From Candidatus Thorarchaeota archaeon (lineage in GTDB: Archaea; Asgardarchaeota; Heimdallarchaeia; Hodarchaeales; Hodarchaeaceae), in assembly GCA_048882505.1 (NCBI GenBank), contig JBHLRO010000049.1, positions 1 to 8,962 on the forward strand: a stretch of 8,962 bases of DNA, read 5' to 3'. Positions 7,018-8,962 of the stretch are shown here, piece after piece. Each line of letters begins with the position of its first letter. Within the stretch, counting starts at the first letter, position 1. Below the pieces are notes generated by a model. The model worked only from the letters and a program-made list of their open reading frames with translations, was not told the origin of the DNA and ran no database searches. The position numbers were made by a program, and so were the translations under genes.

Positions 7018-7048
7018 TTAGTTCAACATCTTATTAAATCCATTAGAG
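7018..7048 (+). promoter_or_regulatory. Shared upstream motif, copy B, including TATA-like TTATTAAA
   Basis: TTAGTTCAACATCTTATTAA-atcca-TTAGAG; 17/20 identical to 5793..5812. Confidence 0.5.
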
Positions 7049-7077
7049 GTCTGGTTAGTTAACTAGACACAAAACGG

Positions 7078-7641
7078 ATGCTGTTGTCTTTGATGATCTC
7101 AGTGGCGTTCAATGAAGTTAAAACTTTTTTCTGGGCTGCTATTGGTAGCTGGATCATCTTTTTCTTCTCTTCATTACTTCTAACTGAGTCACTGATGCGG
7201 ATCATGCATCTTGAGATTTTGGCGGCATTCTACCTAGTTGTTGGCCTTGCTATCCTTTCACTCAATTATATATTATTTAAGAAAACTTTACTTGGGCACC
7301 CAGCCCAAACTTTCTCCATGGATCAGGAAATTCACACCTTTCATCATGTGATTCGAAGTTTGAATCGTATTTTCTGGATCATTGTTGTTCTAGTGAGCAT
7401 GGGATTATTGGTTAGTCTTTCCACCTTTCTAGTGATTTCTATGCATTACTTCACTAGCCAGACTCTAGATACGGTTGTTGGATTTCTTCCCCTATTATTT
7501 ATCATCTATCTCATATTCATAATTCCTTCTTTCTTAGGAATTAATGAAATTAATCGCCTTAATGCTTTCTTTCAACGGTATAACCAAGTAAAAACTGAAC
7601 TCGGACAGTCCCTCCTGTCAAATATTGAAGGTACAGAATAA
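7078..7641 (+). CDS. Hypothetical integral membrane protein, ~4 TM (187 aa)
   Basis: Two pairs of hydrophobic helices separated by a polar loop, polar C-tail; no recognised family. Confidence 0.7.
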   Translation: MLLSLMISVAFNEVKTFFWAAIGSWIIFFFSSLLLTESLMRIMHLEILAAFYLVVGLAILSLNYILFKKTLLGHPAQTFSMDQEIHTFHHVIRSLNRIFWIIVVLVSMGLLVSLSTFLVISMHYFTSQTLDTVVGFLPLLFIIYLIFIIPSFLGINEINRLNAFFQRYNQVKTELGQSLLSNIEGTE

Positions 7642-7644
7642 TTC

Positions 7645-7980
7645 TCATCCTTTACCAAGCTGAAGAAATATTTCACGAATTCGCTCTTGATATATGCCTA
7701 ATATCTCCCTTCCTTTTTTGGTTAAAGAGAATAGATCTCCAAAACGATCGTCATTACTATTACTAAACGCCGTCATAATCCATTCTGTCTGAATCATGCT
7801 CTCTAGAACTTGTTTTGCCTTAATATGCTTTATCCCGACTTTTCTAAGTATCATAGTTATTGGTAACGGGGCCGAAGAAAGAGAAAGAACCTCAAGGATT
7901 TCCATACAAATTTGAAACTCGTCTCTTCTTGACCGTACCAAATTACTGTCTGTCTCCACAACTATGGCTGTTTTTATCAA
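7645..7980 (-). CDS. Archaeal winged helix-turn-helix DNA-binding protein, HTH_45-like (111 aa; TTG start uncertain, could start at TTG GTA CGG)
   Basis: RSRRDEFQICMEILEVL...ITMILRKVGIKHIKAKQVLESMIQTEWI...FSLTKKGREIL matches the RR..EI..IL / LT.KG pattern. Confidence 0.8.
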   Translation of the reverse strand: MIKTAIVVETDSNLVRSRRDEFQICMEILEVLSLSSAPLPITMILRKVGIKHIKAKQVLESMIQTEWIMTAFSNSNDDRFGDLFSLTKKGREILGIYQERIREIFLQLGKG

Positions 7981-8303
7981 AGTTCCTTGGGTAATCCGAC
8001 CAATGCCTTACTACTAAATTACTTGGTGTTCGGAAACGATTTTTTTTAATTTTTGCCCGGATTGGAACAAGACAGCTCTCCGACCTGGAATGTATGTTGT
8101 CCACCTGCTCTCATCTTCCATCGAGATTAAAAACCCTGAAATTAGTACCAGCGTCAATCTTAGATGAATTTCATCTTTATATTCTACTAATTTTAAATGA
8201 AACAGATATCGTGCGTTCTACGCATACCTAATTGGTAGAACGGGCGAAATAATCAAGAACATGCGGATACTAGTCTGGGAGACAATTATTAATGCAGCAA
8301 AAT

Positions 8304-8323
8304 AACCTGTTTCAGGTTTTTTT
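8304..8323. terminator. Short hairpin with T-run, possibly bidirectional
   Basis: AACCTG-TTT-CAGGTT followed by a T-run on +; followed by ATTTT on -. Confidence 0.3.
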
Positions 8324-8549
8324 ACTTAAATACCGAAGAATACTGTTGTTTTACTGAAGATCGTGCTCTGTAATATGACTATCGCAAAATTCGGGGAGGA
8401 TTATCTACAATATATGAAGAAAACCAAACGATTTATTCCATTTGTCATATGAGATTAACATTACGGGTTTCTAATGGTAATCTGAAAGAAAAATCAATGA
8501 GAATGCTTTGGCCATAATAACAAACAAATTTATTCAATGTTGAGTGATT

Positions 8550-8962
8550 TCACAATGTGTCCAATATTACTACTTGTCCTGTTGTTCCATTAACACGCAG
8601 CCGTTGTCCTGTTCGAATTATCGTCGTAGCCTTCACCACACTCACCACTGCGGGGATATTGTGTTCCCGAGCCACAACTGCACCATGCACCATCATTCCA
8701 CCGACTTCCATCACTAATCCTCTAGCCACCAGAAAAAGGGGTGTCCAAGAAGGATCAGTAGCCGGACAGACAAGAATTTCATCTGCTTCCAGTTTAGATT
8801 CATGAGGATCTAATACAATACGAGCTATCCCTTCCACCACTCCTGGAGACACGGGTGAACCATACAAAACATTTGTGCCTTCCACAATTTGATCTCCTCC
8901 ATCGTAATATGTTCTACCATCACTGAGGATCACGCGGGGAAGAGTTTTGCGTTGTTTTTCTC
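8550..8962 (-). CDS. C-terminal phospho-His swivel (PEP-utiliser mobile) domain of a rifampicin-phosphotransferase/PEP-synthase-like enzyme; partial, 5' end outside the window
   Basis: Frame is open to the window edge (EKQRKTLPRVILSDG...), so the GTG at 8933 is not the real start. GSPVSPGVVEGIARIV, EILVCPATDPSWTPLF, EVGGMMVHGAVVAREHNIPAVV, GQRLRVNGTTGQV. Confidence 0.9.
   Translation of the reverse strand, partial: EKQRKTLPRVILSDGRTYYDGGDQIVEGTNVLYGSPVSPGVVEGIARIVLDPHESKLEADEILVCPATDPSWTPLFLVARGLVMEVGGMMVHGAVVAREHNIPAVVSVVKATTIIRTGQRLRVNGTTGQVVILDTL

Noticed and set aside
8557-8805. 82-aa + ORF
   Set aside because: Antisense shadow of the His-swivel domain
1-8962. CRISPR array, tRNA/rRNA, prophage or defence island
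   Set aside because: No regularly spaced repeats, cloverleaf or rRNA-like tract, and no recognisable nuclease, integrase or structural genes

Overview
Prokaryotic, probably archaeal, chromosomal window. Lineage is inferred only: the GGTGA-type RBS, HTH_45-like regulator, PGF-CTERM-like tail and WxxTYGG propeller would fit an Asgard/Heimdallarchaeia-like host. It holds nine supportable CDSs. On the + strand: an M14 zinc carboxypeptidase, a membrane-anchored 7-bladed beta-propeller, two tandem ICMT/PEMT-family methyltransferases, a T4 endonuclease V-like (MSMEG_6728 family) protein, an exported two-domain protein with a C-terminal anchor, and a 4-TM protein. On the - strand: a winged-helix regulator and the 3' end of a PEP-utiliser/rifampicin-phosphotransferase-like enzyme that runs off the window. 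I found no rRNA, tRNA, CRISPR array, integrase or transposase. I cannot claim a proven new system. The best leads are: (i) a shared ~30-bp upstream motif before the 5861 and 7078 genes, with a convergent wHTH gene as candidate regulator; (ii) a 15-bp stem that buries both the RBS and the AUG of the 5861 gene; (iii) an in-frame TGA splitting a probable longer propeller gene, plus an amber-interrupted frame coupled to its end. Family assignments come from motif recognition by eye, not from database searches.
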